Shown here one piece after another: positions 19,922 to 31,742 of a stretch of DNA of 64,000 nucleotides (its first letter is position 1; each line of letters opens with the position of its first letter). The notes beneath the pieces were generated by a model. That model saw nothing but the letters and a program-made list of their open reading frames with translations. It was not told the DNA's origin and ran no database searches. The stretch comes from Bdellovibrionota bacterium (lineage in GTDB: Bacteria; Bdellovibrionota_C; UBA2361; CALJRW01). The position numbers and the translations under genes are program-made. The stretch is from assembly GCA_041740355.1 (NCBI GenBank), contig JBGSMD010000038.1, positions 119,223-183,222 of the forward strand, given 5' to 3'.

Positions 19922-22039
19922 GTGTCAAGTAAAAACGCATTTTCAGATTTAAGTAAAGTAAGAAATATTGGTATCATGGCTCACATTGATGCTGGTAAGA
20001 CTACTACAACTGAACGTATCCTGTATTATACTGGTGTAAACTACAAGATTGGTGAAGTGCACGAAGGTGCTGCCACTATGGATTACATGGAACTTGAACA
20101 GGAACGCGGAATTACTATTACATCTGCAGCAACTACTTGTAGCTGGTCAGGTTCAACTCTGCAGTACCCTGAACATCAAATCAATATTATTGACACTCCT
20201 GGTCACGTAGATTTCACTATCGAAGTAGAAAGAAGCTTACGCGTACTTGATGGTGCAGTAGCTGTATTTGATTCAGGTAACGGGGTAGAGCCACAGTCTG
20301 AAACTGTTTGGAGACAAGCAACTAAGTTTGGCGTTCCAAGAATTTGTTTCATTAATAAAATGGACAAAATTGGTGCTAACTTTAACAAAGCTACCCAATC
20401 AATTCGTGATCGTTTAATGGCGATTGCAGTTCCAGTTCAATTACCTATTGGTGCAGAGTCAACTCTTGTTGGTGTGATTGACCTTGTTGAGCAAAAAGCA
20501 ATTATTTATGATGGGGAAACTCTTGGTGCTAAATATGAGTACAAAGAAATTCCTGATGATATGAAAGATGAAGCAGCATCTGCTCGTGAGTATTTGTTTG
20601 AGGCTCTTGCTGAAACAAATGATGATTTCATGGATAAGTACATTGCTGGTGATACTGCTAATGTTACTCCTGCCGAGCTTCGTAAGTTAATTCGTGATGC
20701 AACACTTACTTGTAAATTCTTCCCTGTATTAGTTGGTAGCTCATTTAAGAATAAAGGTGTACAGCCTTTACTTGATGCCGTTATTGATTACTTACCATCT
20801 CCACTTGATGTTCCGCCAGTAATGGGTTCACCGCTTAACGCTAAGCCTGAAGAAATGGGAACTATCATGCGTAAGCCTGATATCAATGAGCCGTTTGCTG
20901 CATTAGCTTTCAAAATTATTACGGATCCGTACGTTGGGGTATTAACGTTTTTCCGAGTTTACTCAGGAAAAATTGAAGCTGGTACTCAAGTTCTTAACTC
21001 TACTCGTGGACAGAAAGAGCGTATTGGTCGAATCATGAAAATTCATGCAGATAAGCGTGAAGACGTAAAAGAAATTTTTGCTGGTCATATTGCTGCCGCT
21101 GTAGGTCTTAAAGAAGTAATCACGGGGGACACTCTTTGCGAACTTGCTAACCCTGTAGTGTTAGAAACTATTAATGCTCCAGACCCAGTTATTAGTGTGG
21201 CAATTGAGCCAAAAACTAAAGCTGATGAAGAGAAAATGGGTATGGCACTTTCTAAGTTAGCTAAAGAAGATCCATCTCTTAAATTAAGAACTGATCATGA
21301 AACTGGGCAGACTTTGATTGCTGGAATGGGTGAGTTACACCTTGATATCGTACAACAACGATTATTCCGTGAATTTAAAGTAGAAACTGTTACTGGTAAA
21401 CCACAGGTAGCTTACCGTGAGGCATTACTTAAGAGTGTTGAACATAACTTCAGATATGCCAAGCAGTCTGGTGGTCGTGGACAATTCGCTGAAGTTTATT
21501 TGAAACTTGAGCCACAAGAAAGAGGTTTTGGTTTTGAGTTTGTTGACATGATTAAGGGTGGTACGATTCCTAAGGAATTTATCCAACCGGTTAAGACAGG
21601 TATTGTTGAAGCTATGGCTGGTGGTGTTTTAGCAGGCTTCCCAATTATCGATTTGAAAGCAACTCTTTATGATGGTAGCTTCCATGAAGTTGACTCTAGT
21701 GAAATGGCTTTCAAAATTTGTGGATCGATCTGTTTCAAAGAAGGTTGTAACAAAGGGAAGATGGAATTGTTAGAGCCAATCATGGCAGTTGAGGTAATTT
21801 GCCCTGACGATTTCATTAGTAACATCGTCGGCGATTTAAACCGCAGACGTGCTAGAATTATGGGTATGGATCCTCGTGCTGGAGCTCAAGCAGTTAATGC
21901 TCAAGTTCCATTATCAGAGATGTTTGGTTATTCCACAGATTTACGTTCAAGTTCACAAGGTCGTGCAACTTATACAATGGAATATAGCCATTACGACGCT
22001 GTACCTACAAATATTGCTGAAGGAATGGCTAAAAAATAA
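19922..22039 (+). CDS. fusA: Elongation factor G
   Basis: [24 protein letters not shown] and GMGELHL. GTG start. Confidence 0.99.
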   Translation: MSSKNAFSDLSKVRNIGIMAHIDAGKTTTTERILYYTGVNYKIGEVHEGAATMDYMELEQERGITITSAATTCSWSGSTLQYPEHQINIIDTPGHVDFTIEVERSLRVLDGAVAVFDSGNGVEPQSETVWRQATKFGVPRICFINKMDKIGANFNKATQSIRDRLMAIAVPVQLPIGAESTLVGVIDLVEQKAIIYDGETLGAKYEYKEIPDDMKDEAASAREYLFEALAETNDDFMDKYIAGDTANVTPAELRKLIRDATLTCKFFPVLVGSSFKNKGVQPLLDAVIDYLPSPLDVPPVMGSPLNAKPEEMGTIMRKPDINEPFAALAFKIITDPYVGVLTFFRVYSGKIEAGTQVLNSTRGQKERIGRIMKIHADKREDVKEIFAGHIAAAVGLKEVITGDTLCELANPVVLETINAPDPVISVAIEPKTKADEEKMGMALSKLAKEDPSLKLRTDHETGQTLIAGMGELHLDIVQQRLFREFKVETVTGKPQVAYREALLKSVEHNFRYAKQSGGRGQFAEVYLKLEPQERGFGFEFVDMIKGGTIPKEFIQPVKTGIVEAMAGGVLAGFPIIDLKATLYDGSFHEVDSSEMAFKICGSICFKEGCNKGKMELLEPIMAVEVICPDDFISNIVGDLNRRRARIMGMDPRAGAQAVNAQVPLSEMFGYSTDLRSSSQGRATYTMEYSHYDAVPTNIAEGMAKK

Positions 22040-22162
22040 TAACCTTTGTTTTGAGTGACTATTTTACTCAAAACTTCGGTAGGGAAGTAATTTAGCTAAT
22101 CTTTTTATTTTAATTTCTGAATTTTTCAGAAAAGATTTTTTAAACTTTTAGGAGTACTTAAA

Positions 22163-23368
22163 ATGGCCAAGGGCGAATTTAACCGTACAAAACCACACGT
22201 TAACGTGGGGACAATTGGTCACGTTGACCACGGTAAAACTACATTAACTGCATCAATCACTAAGGTTCAGTCAGACAAAGGTCTTTGTGACTATGTTCCT
22301 TACGATAAAGTGGCAGCCGCAGATGAAACTGCTGGTCGTCGTGATGCTACAAAAATTATTACAATTTCGTCTTCTCACGTAGAGTATGAAACTGCATCTC
22401 GTCACTATGCTCACGTAGACTGTCCTGGTCACGCCGATTATGTAAAAAACATGATTACTGGTGCTGCTCAAATGGACGGAGCTATTCTTGTAGTAAGTGC
22501 TTCTGATGGACCAATTCCACAAACACGTGAGCATATTCTTCTTGCTCGCCAAGTAGGGGTTCCAAAGATTGTTGTTTTCCTTAATAAAGTAGACACAGTT
22601 GATGATGAAGAACTACTTGATCTTGTAGAAATGGAAGTTCGTGACTTATTAAATGAGTATGGATTCCCAGGTGATGATACTCCAATTATTCGTGGTTCTG
22701 CTCTAAAAGCAATCCAAGGTGAGAAAAGTGATATCGGTGTAGGTTCAATTGATAAATTGATGGACACAATTGATACATTTATTCCAATTCCAGAGCGTTC
22801 TGTAGATTTACCTTTCTTGTTACCAATTGAAGACGTGTTCTCAATTGAAGGACGAGGAACAGTAGCAACTGGCCGTATCGAAAGAGGAAAAATCAAAACT
22901 GGCGAAGAAATTGAAATCATCGGGCTAATGCCGACTAAGAAAACTACTTGTACAGGTGTTGAGATGTTCCAAAAAACTCTTAACGAAGGTCAAGCAGGGG
23001 ATAACGTTGGTATGTTACTTCGTGGATTCAAAAGAAATGAAGTTGAGCGTGGTCAAGTAATTGCTAAGCCAGGTTCAATCACTCCTCACACTAAGTTTAA
23101 AGCTGAAGCTTATATCTTGAAAAAAGAAGAAGGTGGACGTCATAAGCCTTTCTTTACTGGATACCGCCCGCAGTTCTATTTCAGAACTACTGACGTAACT
23201 GGTACTTTGAATTTGGCAGCTGGTGTGGAAATGGCTATGCCAGGGGACAACGTTGCATTAGACGTAGAACTTCATAAGCCAATTGCTCTAGAGAAACAAG
23301 TACGTTTCGCTATCCGTGAAGGTGGCAGAACTGTAGGTTCTGGAGTTGTTACTGAAATTACTGAATAG
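22163..23368 (+). CDS. tuf: Elongation factor Tu (atypical switch I)
   Basis: [21 protein letters not shown] and [11 protein letters not shown]. Confidence 0.99.
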   Translation: MAKGEFNRTKPHVNVGTIGHVDHGKTTLTASITKVQSDKGLCDYVPYDKVAAADETAGRRDATKIITISSSHVEYETASRHYAHVDCPGHADYVKNMITGAAQMDGAILVVSASDGPIPQTREHILLARQVGVPKIVVFLNKVDTVDDEELLDLVEMEVRDLLNEYGFPGDDTPIIRGSALKAIQGEKSDIGVGSIDKLMDTIDTFIPIPERSVDLPFLLPIEDVFSIEGRGTVATGRIERGKIKTGEEIEIIGLMPTKKTTCTGVEMFQKTLNEGQAGDNVGMLLRGFKRNEVERGQVIAKPGSITPHTKFKAEAYILKKEEGGRHKPFFTGYRPQFYFRTTDVTGTLNLAAGVEMAMPGDNVALDVELHKPIALEKQVRFAIREGGRTVGSGVVTEITE

Positions 23369-23500
23369 TAGTTTCAAAACAGAGTGTTGTGGCTAATTAA
23401 TTTTGTCACAACACTCTTATTTTGCCCATAATTAATGGGTCGTACTAAGAAACATACTACCTAAGTAGATGTTTCCGATGGTGATACAAAGAGAAAAAAT

Positions 23501-23821
23501 ATGTTAGGAAATCAAAAGATTCGAATTAAACTTAAAGGTTACAACAGTAAGCAAGTAACAGGTGCAATTGAAGAGATTGTACAAACTGTTCGTCGCTCAG
23601 GTGGTAGAGTTGCCGGTCCAATTCCATTCCCAACTCATATCAAAAAGATTACTGTTCAGCGTTCTACATTCGTTGATAAAAAATCTCGTGATCAGTTTGA
23701 GATTCGTACGCATAAAAGAATGTTAGATATCTTAGAGCCAACTCAACAAACAATTGACGAGCTCAGTAAGTTAGAACTATCAACAGGATTAAATGTTGAA
23801 ATTAAATTATTAGCGGCTTAA
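23501..23821 (+). CDS. rpsJ: 30S ribosomal protein S10
   Basis: [13 protein letters not shown] and [14 protein letters not shown]. Confidence 0.98.
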   Translation: MLGNQKIRIKLKGYNSKQVTGAIEEIVQTVRRSGGRVAGPIPFPTHIKKITVQRSTFVDKKSRDQFEIRTHKRMLDILEPTQQTIDELSKLELSTGLNVEIKLLAA

Positions 23822-23860
23822 TACCAAAGAAGATTATAAAAGAGAGCAAAGGAGTTTGTT

Positions 23861-24580
23861 ATGACAACAAGAAAAAATTTTCCAGAAGGTCTAATCGGGC
23901 GTAAGCTTGGTATGACACAAGTCTTTGATGAAGAAGGCGCTATCGTTCCAGTTACTATCCTAGAAATGGGTCCAAACGTAATTTTGGAAGTACTTAACTC
24001 AGAACGTAATGGTTATGATGCTGTACAATTAGGATTTGGTCCAAAAAAAGCACAGCGTGTTAGCAAGCCAGAAATGGGACAGTTTAACAAAGCTGGCAAA
24101 GGTGCTTTCTATTGCGTACGTGAAATGCGTTGTGATGTGAACACTCTAGGTTGGAATTCATTAGGTCAAGAACTTAATGTTGATGATGTATTTGTTGATA
24201 ATGAATACGTTGATGTTACTGGCACAAGCCTTGGACGTGGATTTGCCGGTGTGTTCAAAAGACATCACATGAAAGGTCAGCCAATGACGCGTGGTACGCA
24301 CGAAGTTCGTCGTCACACAGGTTCTATTGGTATGCGTAAAACTCCAGGTCGTGTATTCAAAAACCAGAGAATGCCAGGTCACATGGGGAATGCTCGTGTA
24401 ACAATCCAAAACTTAAAAGTTTTTTCAGTTCGTCCAGAAGAGGGTTTAATCTTAGTACGTGGAAATGTACCTGGGCCTAAAGGATGTTTCGTTGAAGTAA
24501 GAAAAGCAATGAAGGCATTTACAGGTACTGTAAAAAGAGCTCCAAAAACTGCACCAGAAGCAACACAGGAAGCAGTATAA
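23861..24580 (+). CDS. rplC: 50S ribosomal protein L3
   Basis: GRKLGMTQVF and TPGRVFK..RMPGHMG. Confidence 0.98.
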   Translation: MTTRKNFPEGLIGRKLGMTQVFDEEGAIVPVTILEMGPNVILEVLNSERNGYDAVQLGFGPKKAQRVSKPEMGQFNKAGKGAFYCVREMRCDVNTLGWNSLGQELNVDDVFVDNEYVDVTGTSLGRGFAGVFKRHHMKGQPMTRGTHEVRRHTGSIGMRKTPGRVFKNQRMPGHMGNARVTIQNLKVFSVRPEEGLILVRGNVPGPKGCFVEVRKAMKAFTGTVKRAPKTAPEATQEAV

Positions 24581-24604
24581 TTAGATATTAATAGGGGATT
24601 TAAA

Positions 24605-25282
24605 GTGAACAGCGAAATTAAATACAATGTAGTCGATACCAAAGGCAAAGCTGCAGGGGATGTTACTCTTGATGCTAGCGTATTTGGAGTAGAAGTTGAT
24701 CCAGGTATCATGCACCAAGTTGTGCGTTGGCAGTTAGCTAAGCGTCGTTCAGGTACGCATGCTACTAAGAACTTAGCTAAAACAGATAACAACAAGAAGA
24801 AACCTTACAAGCAAAAAGGTACTGGTCGTGCTCGTGCTGGTTCGCGATATGCAACTAACCGAGTTGGTGGAGCCGTTGCTCACGGACCACAGCCGCATGG
24901 TTATGACTATAAAGTTAATCGTAAGGTTAAACGCGCAGCAGTAGCTGGTGCTCTAACTGCTAAATGCCAAGAGAAAAGCCTTTGTATCGTTAAAGATTTA
25001 GCTTTGACATCACCAAAGACTAAAGAAATGCAGGCAATGATTACTGTTCTTAAGAATAACGCTAAGAAGGTATTAGTAGTTATCAGTTCAACTGATGCTT
25101 GTCGTGAGAAAGAATCTCAGATGACATTGGCTGGCAGAAATATTCAGAACTTAAAGTTTATCGCAGTAAGCGGTTTGAATGCTTATGATGTTTTAAATGC
25201 CGATTGTTTGGTGTTTGATCAAGCATGCTTGCCGATGATTTCAGAAAAAGTATTAGGAGTTTCTGAAGTAGCAGCGGCATAA
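24605..25282 (+). CDS. rplD: 50S ribosomal protein L4
   Basis: KPYKQKGTGRARAG. GTG start. Confidence 0.98.
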   Translation: MNSEIKYNVVDTKGKAAGDVTLDASVFGVEVDPGIMHQVVRWQLAKRRSGTHATKNLAKTDNNKKKPYKQKGTGRARAGSRYATNRVGGAVAHGPQPHGYDYKVNRKVKRAAVAGALTAKCQEKSLCIVKDLALTSPKTKEMQAMITVLKNNAKKVLVVISSTDACREKESQMTLAGRNIQNLKFIAVSGLNAYDVLNADCLVFDQACLPMISEKVLGVSEVAAA

Positions 25283-25319
25283 TTTATTAGAAATTGATAC
25301 TTATAAACAGGATAGAGAA

Positions 25320-25649
25320 ATGGCAATTAAAAAGAATGAAGAAGTTAACAAGCCAAAGCTTAAGGATTATCAAATAATCATCGCTCCATTCATTACTGAG
25401 AAATCAGCTAATGTTGGTGGTAAAGATTATTCAGGTGTTGTTCTTAAAGTTGACCGTCGTGCTTCTAAATTAGATGTAAAAGAAGCAGTAGAGAAGATTT
25501 TCAAAGTTGAAGTTGCTGGTGTTAGAACATGTAACTACATTGGTAAATTAAAGAAAAGTGGTCGTTCTTCAGGACGTCGCGCGGCTTACAAAAAGGCTTA
25601 TGTTAATTTGAAGCCTGGTTTTGAAATGAACATTTTTGAAGGACTATAA
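25320..25649 (+). CDS. rplW: 50S ribosomal protein L23
   Basis: [15 protein letters not shown] and YKKAYV, plus operon position. Confidence 0.97.
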   Translation: MAIKKNEEVNKPKLKDYQIIIAPFITEKSANVGGKDYSGVVLKVDRRASKLDVKEAVEKIFKVEVAGVRTCNYIGKLKKSGRSSGRRAAYKKAYVNLKPGFEMNIFEGL

Positions 25650-25663
25650 GAGGACTAAAGACA

Positions 25664-26485
25664 ATGGCAATTAAAAAATATAATCCAACCTCCCCAGCAA
25701 GAAGATACTTAACATCACTTGATCACTCGGACCTTAGTAAAGTTGCTCCGATGAAATCTTTACTTCAAGTTAAGAAAAAGTTTGGTGGACGTAACAACCA
25801 AGGACGTACTACAAACATCAACAAGGGTGGCGGCTGTAAACAAAAATATCGAATGATCGATTTCGCACGTAGCAAAAGAGATGTGCTAGGAACTGTTGCT
25901 ACAATCGAATATGATCCAAACAGATCTGCTCGTATTGCACTTATTAATTATGCTGATGGTGATAAGCGTTATATTTTAGCACCAGACAAATTGACTGTTG
26001 GATGTAAAGTTCAAGCTGGTGAGTCTGCTACAATTGAAATTGGAAATAGTTTGCCACTTCGCAACATTCCAACTGGTCAAGAGATTCATGCTTTAGAATT
26101 AAAGATTGGTGCTGGTGCTAAGCTAGTTCGTTCAGCTGGTCTTTCTGCCCAGTTGTTAGCTAAAGAAGGTGACTATGCCACTCTTCGTATGCCATCAGGT
26201 GAGATGAGAAAAATTCACTTAAGCTGCTACGCAACTATTGGAAGAGTAAGTAATCCTGATCATAAAAACGTTACTATTGGTAAAGCTGGAAGATCCCGTT
26301 TAATGGGTCGTCGTCCACATAACCGTGGTATCAGTAAGAACCCGGTCGATCACCCAATGGGTGGTAGAACAAATGGTGGTAAACATCCATGTTCGCCAAC
26401 AGGTGTTAATGCTAAGGGTCTTAAGACAAGACAGAATAAACTTACGAATAAATTTATTATTAAACGTAGAGTTAAGAAAAAGTAG
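25664..26485 (+). CDS. rplB: 50S ribosomal protein L2
   Basis: [20 protein letters not shown] and NPVDHPMGG. Confidence 0.99.
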   Translation: MAIKKYNPTSPARRYLTSLDHSDLSKVAPMKSLLQVKKKFGGRNNQGRTTNINKGGGCKQKYRMIDFARSKRDVLGTVATIEYDPNRSARIALINYADGDKRYILAPDKLTVGCKVQAGESATIEIGNSLPLRNIPTGQEIHALELKIGAGAKLVRSAGLSAQLLAKEGDYATLRMPSGEMRKIHLSCYATIGRVSNPDHKNVTIGKAGRSRLMGRRPHNRGISKNPVDHPMGGRTNGGKHPCSPTGVNAKGLKTRQNKLTNKFIIKRRVKKK

Positions 26486-26619
26486 ACTAACGTTTAAAAT
26501 AGTAAGGTAATGATTGTTCATTACTAGCCGAGCTAAATAATAGGTCGGTGCAGCAAACACAGTGGTGAACCTTAGTTGTGTTTGGTTAAATGAAGTTCAC
26601 AATAATTTAGGAGACTACA

Positions 26620-26895
26620 ATGCCAAGATCGTTAAAGAAAGGATTTTATGTTCAACCATGTTTGCAAAAATGGTTAGATCGTTTGAAAGATGGAACTTAC
26701 AAAGGCCCAGTAAAAACTTGGTCACGTCGTTCTACAATCACACCGGATATGATTGGGATCAACTTTATGGTTCATAATGGGAAGAAGTTTATCCCAGTGT
26801 TTGTATCAGGTGATATGGTTGGTCATAAGTTGGGTGAATTTTCTCCAACAAGAACTTTTCATAACCACCCAGCTAAATCAGGCGGAAAAAAATAG
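26620..26895 (+). CDS. rpsS: 30S ribosomal protein S19
   Basis: [17 protein letters not shown] and [11 protein letters not shown]. Confidence 0.99.
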   Translation: MPRSLKKGFYVQPCLQKWLDRLKDGTYKGPVKTWSRRSTITPDMIGINFMVHNGKKFIPVFVSGDMVGHKLGEFSPTRTFHNHPAKSGGKK

Positions 26896-26922
26896 TTTAG
26901 AGTTTAAGTATAGTGAGGCGTT

Positions 26923-27300
26923 ATGGCTGTTAAGAAGAATGTTAAAAAAATTAGAAATAAGGTTGTCGAAGTTATTGCTTCTGCCACTTTAAAGGGCGCT
27001 AAAGTATCTCCGCGTAAAACACGTTTAGTTGTTGATATGGTGCGTGATATGCAGGTAGAGAATGCCTTAAATACACTTAGCTATAGCACTCAAAAGCGCG
27101 CTGAGATTGTTCGTAAGGTTCTACAATCTGCTATTTACAACGCTAAAGAGAAAGGTGCTGATGTTGATGACCTTTGGGTTGTTGGAGCCTGGGTTGATGA
27201 AGGAACAGTTATGATGCGTTTTAAGCCGCGTGCTCGTGGTTCTGCTTTCCCAATTAGAAAGCGTTCTTCGCATATTACGTTCGAAGTAGGTAAAATATAG
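26923..27300 (+). CDS. rplV: 50S ribosomal protein L22
   Basis: SPRKTRLVVD, PRARG and KRSSHIT. Confidence 0.98.
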   Translation: MAVKKNVKKIRNKVVEVIASATLKGAKVSPRKTRLVVDMVRDMQVENALNTLSYSTQKRAEIVRKVLQSAIYNAKEKGADVDDLWVVGAWVDEGTVMMRFKPRARGSAFPIRKRSSHITFEVGKI

Positions 27301-27442
27301 TTTAGTTAGAGGCGAATTAATTAGGGCAAAATATTGCTTTTAATTCAATAATAATTTAATATTACGTCCCCTTGTACATGCTGTGAATTAGCATTTGGGA
27401 GGGGGGGTACAGTAGAGATTTTTTATAAAATTGTAAACAAAT

Positions 27443-28111
27443 ATGGGACAGAAAGTAAATCCTAAGGGAATTAGACTTGGTATTATCAATACATGGTCGT
27501 CCAGATGGTACTCAGACAAGAAGGAATACGGAAAATTCATTGGTGAAGACATCAAGATCCGTAAGTACGTTGAAGAGAAGTTAGCTGCTGCTTCTATTTC
27601 TAAAATCGAAATTGAAAGAGCTGCTGCTCGCTTAAGAGTAATTATCCACTCTGCTAAGCCAGGTTTGGTTATTGGTAAGAAAGGAAAAGATATTGACGAT
27701 CTTAGAACTAAGCTTCGTAACTTAGTGAACAGAGAAGTTAGCTTAAACATCGTGGAAACACGTAAGGCTGATTCTAATGCTCAGATTTTATCAGAGCACG
27801 TATCTTCTCAAATTAAGAGACGTATTAACTATCGTCGTGCTGCTAAAGACGCAATTTCTAAAGCCATGAGAATGGGTGCAGAGGGTGTGAAGGTTGCAGT
27901 TTCTGGACGATTGAACGGTGCAGATATTGCTCGTACAGAATTTTATAAAGAAGGAAGAATCCCACTTCATACATTCCGTGCTGACATTGAGTATGCGACT
28001 GCTCGTTCGCAAACAACTTATGGTGTAGTTGGAATTAAAGTTTGGGTGTTCAAAGGTGAGAAATTTGCTCCAGGTGAGGAAGTTTCTATGGAAGCAATGC
28101 AGCAGTTATAA
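27443..28111 (+). CDS. rpsC: 30S ribosomal protein S3
   Basis: MGQKVNP, GRLNGADIAR and GRIPLHTFRADI. Confidence 0.99.
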   Translation: MGQKVNPKGIRLGIINTWSSRWYSDKKEYGKFIGEDIKIRKYVEEKLAAASISKIEIERAAARLRVIIHSAKPGLVIGKKGKDIDDLRTKLRNLVNREVSLNIVETRKADSNAQILSEHVSSQIKRRINYRRAAKDAISKAMRMGAEGVKVAVSGRLNGADIARTEFYKEGRIPLHTFRADIEYATARSQTTYGVVGIKVWVFKGEKFAPGEEVSMEAMQQL

Positions 28112-28142
28112 TTACAAGATTACTTAATTAAAGGATTCGGAA

Positions 28143-28568
28143 ATGTTATCGCCAAAGAAAGTTAAATATCGAAAACAGCATAAGCAAGTAAGACATATCT
28201 TACAAAATGCTACTCGTGGAACTAAATTATCTCACGGTAATTATGGTGTTATGGCTCTTGAGCCAGCGTGGGCCTCTAACCGTGTGTTAGAAGCAGGTCG
28301 CGTAGCGATTGCTAGAACAGCTAAGCGTGGTGGTAAACTTTGGTTAAAAGTTTTCCCTGATAAGCCATTAACTAAGAAGCCTGCTGAAGTTCGTATGGGT
28401 AAAGGTAAAGGATCTCAGGAAGCTTGGGTTGCTGAAATTCAAGCCGGTCGTATTGTTTACGAACTAACTGGGGTTGATCGTGCAACTGCTTTAGAAGCTT
28501 ACACACTTTGTGCTTCTAAATTGCCGTTTAAGTGCAAATTCGTAGAATTAAAAGACACTATTTTATAG
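28143..28568 (+). CDS. rplP: 50S ribosomal protein L16
   Basis: [11 protein letters not shown] and [12 protein letters not shown]. Confidence 0.99.
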   Translation: MLSPKKVKYRKQHKQVRHILQNATRGTKLSHGNYGVMALEPAWASNRVLEAGRVAIARTAKRGGKLWLKVFPDKPLTKKPAEVRMGKGKGSQEAWVAEIQAGRIVYELTGVDRATALEAYTLCASKLPFKCKFVELKDTIL

Positions 28569-28579
28569 TAGGAAACATA

Positions 28580-28789
28580 ATGAAGAAGAAAGAATTTTTA
28601 GAAAAAATGGCAGGAATGGATTCAGCTGGATTGCATCAAGAGTTGCATGCTAAGGCTGACGAGATTTTGAAGTTACGTATTAGACATGCTTCGAATCAGT
28701 TAGAAACTCCGCATCGCATTCGTGCTGAGCGTAAGAACTATGCCCGTATCCTAACTTTAAAGAACCAGAAAACTGATTCTACTAAATAG
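28580..28789 (+). CDS. rpmC: 50S ribosomal protein L29
   Basis: ATG after RBS AGGA, motif QLETPHRIR..RKNYARILT, and position between rplP and rpsQ. Confidence 0.95.
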   Translation: MKKKEFLEKMAGMDSAGLHQELHAKADEILKLRIRHASNQLETPHRIRAERKNYARILTLKNQKTDSTK

Positions 28790-28816
28790 TAAAAAGATAA
28801 TTATAAAGATAATAAA

Positions 28817-29083
28817 ATGGAAACTAAAACAGCAGTAAAAAAGTTTAAACAAGGGCACGTAGTTAGCAACAAAATGGAAAAGACAGTTGTTGTTGCGATC
28901 GTTACTAAAGTTAAAGACAAAAGCTATGGTAAGTATGTCAAGAAAACTCACAAGTTTTTTGCACATGATGCCAAGAACGTATGCCAGATTGGTGATATCG
29001 TTGAGATTATGGAAACTCGTCCACTTAGCAAAAATAAGAATTGGATAGTATCTAAAATCGTTGCTAAGGCTATTGGCGAATAA
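28817..29083 (+). CDS. rpsQ: 30S ribosomal protein S17
   Basis: GHVVSNKMEKT and ETRPLSK. Confidence 0.98.
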   Translation: METKTAVKKFKQGHVVSNKMEKTVVVAIVTKVKDKSYGKYVKKTHKFFAHDAKNVCQIGDIVEIMETRPLSKNKNWIVSKIVAKAIGE

Positions 29084-29112
29084 GACGAATAAATTTTAAT
29101 TAAGATAAGAAA

Positions 29113-29487
29113 ATGATTATTCCAAAATCAAGATTAACAGTAGCTGATAACTCAGGTGCCAAGAAATTAGTTTGTATCGGTATTCCTGGTAGCACTAAGA
29201 AAAGATGTGCCGGAGTAGGTGATATCATTCGTGTAGCTGTTAAAGAAGCTGCGCCAACTTCCAGTATCAAGAAAGGTGATGTTAGAAAGGCTGTGATCGT
29301 TAGAACTAAAAAGACTATTCGTCGTAAAGACGGGTCTTACCTAAGATTCGACGAGAATAGTGCAGTTATTCTAAATAATGATAAAGATAAAGACCCAATG
29401 GGAACACGTATCTTTGGACCAGTTGCTCGTGAATTAAGAGCAATGGGTTTTATGAAGATCGTATCTTTAGCTCCAGAAGTTTTATAG
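29113..29487 (+). CDS. rplN: 50S ribosomal protein L14
   Basis: [21 protein letters not shown] and SLAPEVL. Confidence 0.99.
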   Translation: MIIPKSRLTVADNSGAKKLVCIGIPGSTKKRCAGVGDIIRVAVKEAAPTSSIKKGDVRKAVIVRTKKTIRRKDGSYLRFDENSAVILNNDKDKDPMGTRIFGPVARELRAMGFMKIVSLAPEVL

Positions 29488-29501
29488 TTTAAGTAGGTAA
29501 T

Positions 29502-29909
29502 ATGCCAGCTAAGAAAATACATAAGAAATTAAGAAGCAACGTTCCAGCCCCAAGTCGTGCAATTAGCACTAAGCTTAAAGTCGGAGACATGGTAATGGTT
29601 ATTGCCGGTGGTAACTCTGATAAAAGAGCAAACGTTGGTAAAACCGGAAGAATAAAGAGCTTTGGCGGATTCAATCGCGAGCGCGTGATTGTTGAAGGAC
29701 TTAACTTGTTTACTAAACACAAGCGTCAAACAACAATGCAGGATAAAGCTGGAAAAATTATGATTGAAGCTCCAATTCATATCTCTAACGTAATGTATTA
29801 CGCCGAGAAAATTGCAGCTCCAGTTAAGCTTAAGACTAAAGTCTTGGCTGATGGAAAGAAAGTTCGTGGTTATAGTAGCCCGAAGGATAAGGAGTTCGTC
29901 CAAATTTAA
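29502..29909 (+). CDS. rplX: 50S ribosomal protein L24 (N-terminally extended)
   Basis: [11 protein letters not shown] and EAPIHISNV. Confidence 0.97.
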   Translation: MPAKKIHKKLRSNVPAPSRAISTKLKVGDMVMVIAGGNSDKRANVGKTGRIKSFGGFNRERVIVEGLNLFTKHKRQTTMQDKAGKIMIEAPIHISNVMYYAEKIAAPVKLKTKVLADGKKVRGYSSPKDKEFVQI

Positions 29910-29929
29910 GCAGTATATATTATAAAGTC

Positions 29930-30484
29930 ATGTCTAATATAAAGAAAAAATATATCGAAGAAGTTGCTCCGGCACTTAAAGAACAATTTAAATACAAGTC
30001 TGTAATGCAAGTTCCAAAATTGCAGAAGATTGTACTTAATGCTGGTGTTGGTGAAGCTGCTTCAAACAGTAAAGCCATTGAGAATGTTGTTTACGCAATG
30101 ACTCAAATCGCTGGACAGAAGCCGATTGTAACTAAAGCAAAGAAATCAATTTCTAACTTTAAACTTCGTCAAGGGATGCCAATTGGTTGTGCTGTAACAC
30201 TTCGCGGAAAAGCGATGTATGACTTTCTTGAGCGTTTAATTGTTGTTGCCTTACCTCGAGTTCGTGACTTTCGCGGTGTTCCGACACGTGGATTTGACGG
30301 AAGAGGGAATTACACAATGGGAATGAAAGAACAAACTGTATTTCCTGAAGTTGATTCAGATAAATTAGATAAAGTTCGTGGACTTGATGTTACTTTTGTT
30401 ACTACTGCTAGTACTAATGAAGAATCTCAGTCATTACTTGCCAATTTGGGCTTACCGTTTAGAAAAGATAAAATTAACAACTAG
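29930..30484 (+). CDS. rplE: 50S ribosomal protein L5
   Basis: [21 protein letters not shown] and FDGRGNY. Confidence 0.99.
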   Translation: MSNIKKKYIEEVAPALKEQFKYKSVMQVPKLQKIVLNAGVGEAASNSKAIENVVYAMTQIAGQKPIVTKAKKSISNFKLRQGMPIGCAVTLRGKAMYDFLERLIVVALPRVRDFRGVPTRGFDGRGNYTMGMKEQTVFPEVDSDKLDKVRGLDVTFVTTASTNEESQSLLANLGLPFRKDKINN

Positions 30485-30492
30485 GAGTTTTT

Positions 30493-30678
30493 GTGGCTAA
30501 AAAATCATTAATTAATAAATGTAACAGCAAACCTAAGTTTGAAGTTCAAGCTTATAACCGTTGCCAAGCATGTGGACGTTCTCGCGCAGTTTTAAGACAT
30601 TTCAAGCTTTGCCGAATTTGTTTTAGAGAAATGGCGGTACAGGGTTTGTTGCCAGGTGTAACTAAATCTAGCTGGTAA
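30493..30678 (+). CDS. rpsN: 30S ribosomal protein S14, Zn-binding type Z
   Basis: 61 aa, CxxC...CRIC motif, ends LPGVTKSSW. Confidence 0.98.
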   Translation: MAKKSLINKCNSKPKFEVQAYNRCQACGRSRAVLRHFKLCRICFREMAVQGLLPGVTKSSW

Positions 30679-30760
30679 GAACTAAACAACAACTCTTGGG
30701 AATTGTGATACCTGAGATTGTTTAAACTTTAGAATCACTAAAAGAGTTTGGAGATAGAAA

Positions 30761-31159
30761 ATGATTAACGATACAATTGCGGACTTATTAACACGAATCA
30801 GAAACGCTCAAATGGCGAAGCATGAAACAGTGTTAGTGCCTGCTACAAAAATGACGAAGAATGTTTTGGACGTACTAATTGCCGAAGGATTTATTGGTAG
30901 TGTAGAAGAGAAACAAGGTGATAACGGTTTCCCAAAGTATCACGTTCAATTGAAGTTTTATGCTGATGGTGAACCATTAATCAATTCTCTAAAAAGAGTT
31001 AGCAAGCCCGGCTGTCGCGTTTACAAACGTGTTCAAGACTTGGAAAAAATCAAGAGTGGAATGGGTGTAGCTATCATTAGCACATCTCAAGGAGTGTTCT
31101 CTGATCGTGAAGCGCGATTAAGAAACATTGGTGGTGAAATTTTAGCAATCATTGGATAG
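30761..31159 (+). CDS. rpsH: 30S ribosomal protein S8
   Basis: DTIADLLTRIRN, RVSKPG.RVY and STSQG. Confidence 0.99.
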   Translation: MINDTIADLLTRIRNAQMAKHETVLVPATKMTKNVLDVLIAEGFIGSVEEKQGDNGFPKYHVQLKFYADGEPLINSLKRVSKPGCRVYKRVQDLEKIKSGMGVAIISTSQGVFSDREARLRNIGGEILAIIG

Positions 31160-31163
31160 TAGA

Positions 31164-31718
31164 ATGTCTAGAATCGGAAAAAAACCAATTAATTTACCTG
31201 CAAAAGTTGAGATTGCTGTGAATGGCAATACTGTAACAGTTAAAGGACCAAGAGGAAGTTTAGATTGTACTTTGTCTCAGAATGTTGAAGTTCAGAAACA
31301 AGAGAATCAAGTTGTTTTTGGATTAACAAAATCTTGTAACCCAAACAGCCCACAAGTTAAAGCTGATTTTGGAACTAGCCGTGCTTTGGTTAACACTTGC
31401 ATCGTAGGTGTTACTGAAGGGTGGAAAAGAGGATTAGAGCTTCAAGGTGTTGGATTCAACGCTAAGCTTGCTGGCAAAGAGTTAACTCTTTCTGTTGGTT
31501 ATTCTCACCCAGTAGTGTTCGCAGTACCAGAAGGTGTTACTTGCACAGTGGATAAGAATACTGCAATTTTTTTAGAGTCAAATAATAAACAACTAGTTGG
31601 TAACTTTGCTTCTAAAATTAGAAAGTCTTGCCCACCTGAGCCGTATCTTGGAAAAGGGATCCGTTATGCTGGTGAGCAAGTAAGAAGAAAAGCTGGTAAA
31701 ACTGGTGGTAAGAAATAA
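31164..31718 (+). CDS. rplF: 50S ribosomal protein L6
   Basis: Starts MSRIGKKP and contains PPEPYLGKGIRY. Confidence 0.99.
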   Translation: MSRIGKKPINLPAKVEIAVNGNTVTVKGPRGSLDCTLSQNVEVQKQENQVVFGLTKSCNPNSPQVKADFGTSRALVNTCIVGVTEGWKRGLELQGVGFNAKLAGKELTLSVGYSHPVVFAVPEGVTCTVDKNTAIFLESNNKQLVGNFASKIRKSCPPEPYLGKGIRYAGEQVRRKAGKTGGKK

Positions 31719-31742
31719 ATAAGATTTAAATAGAGGATCGTC

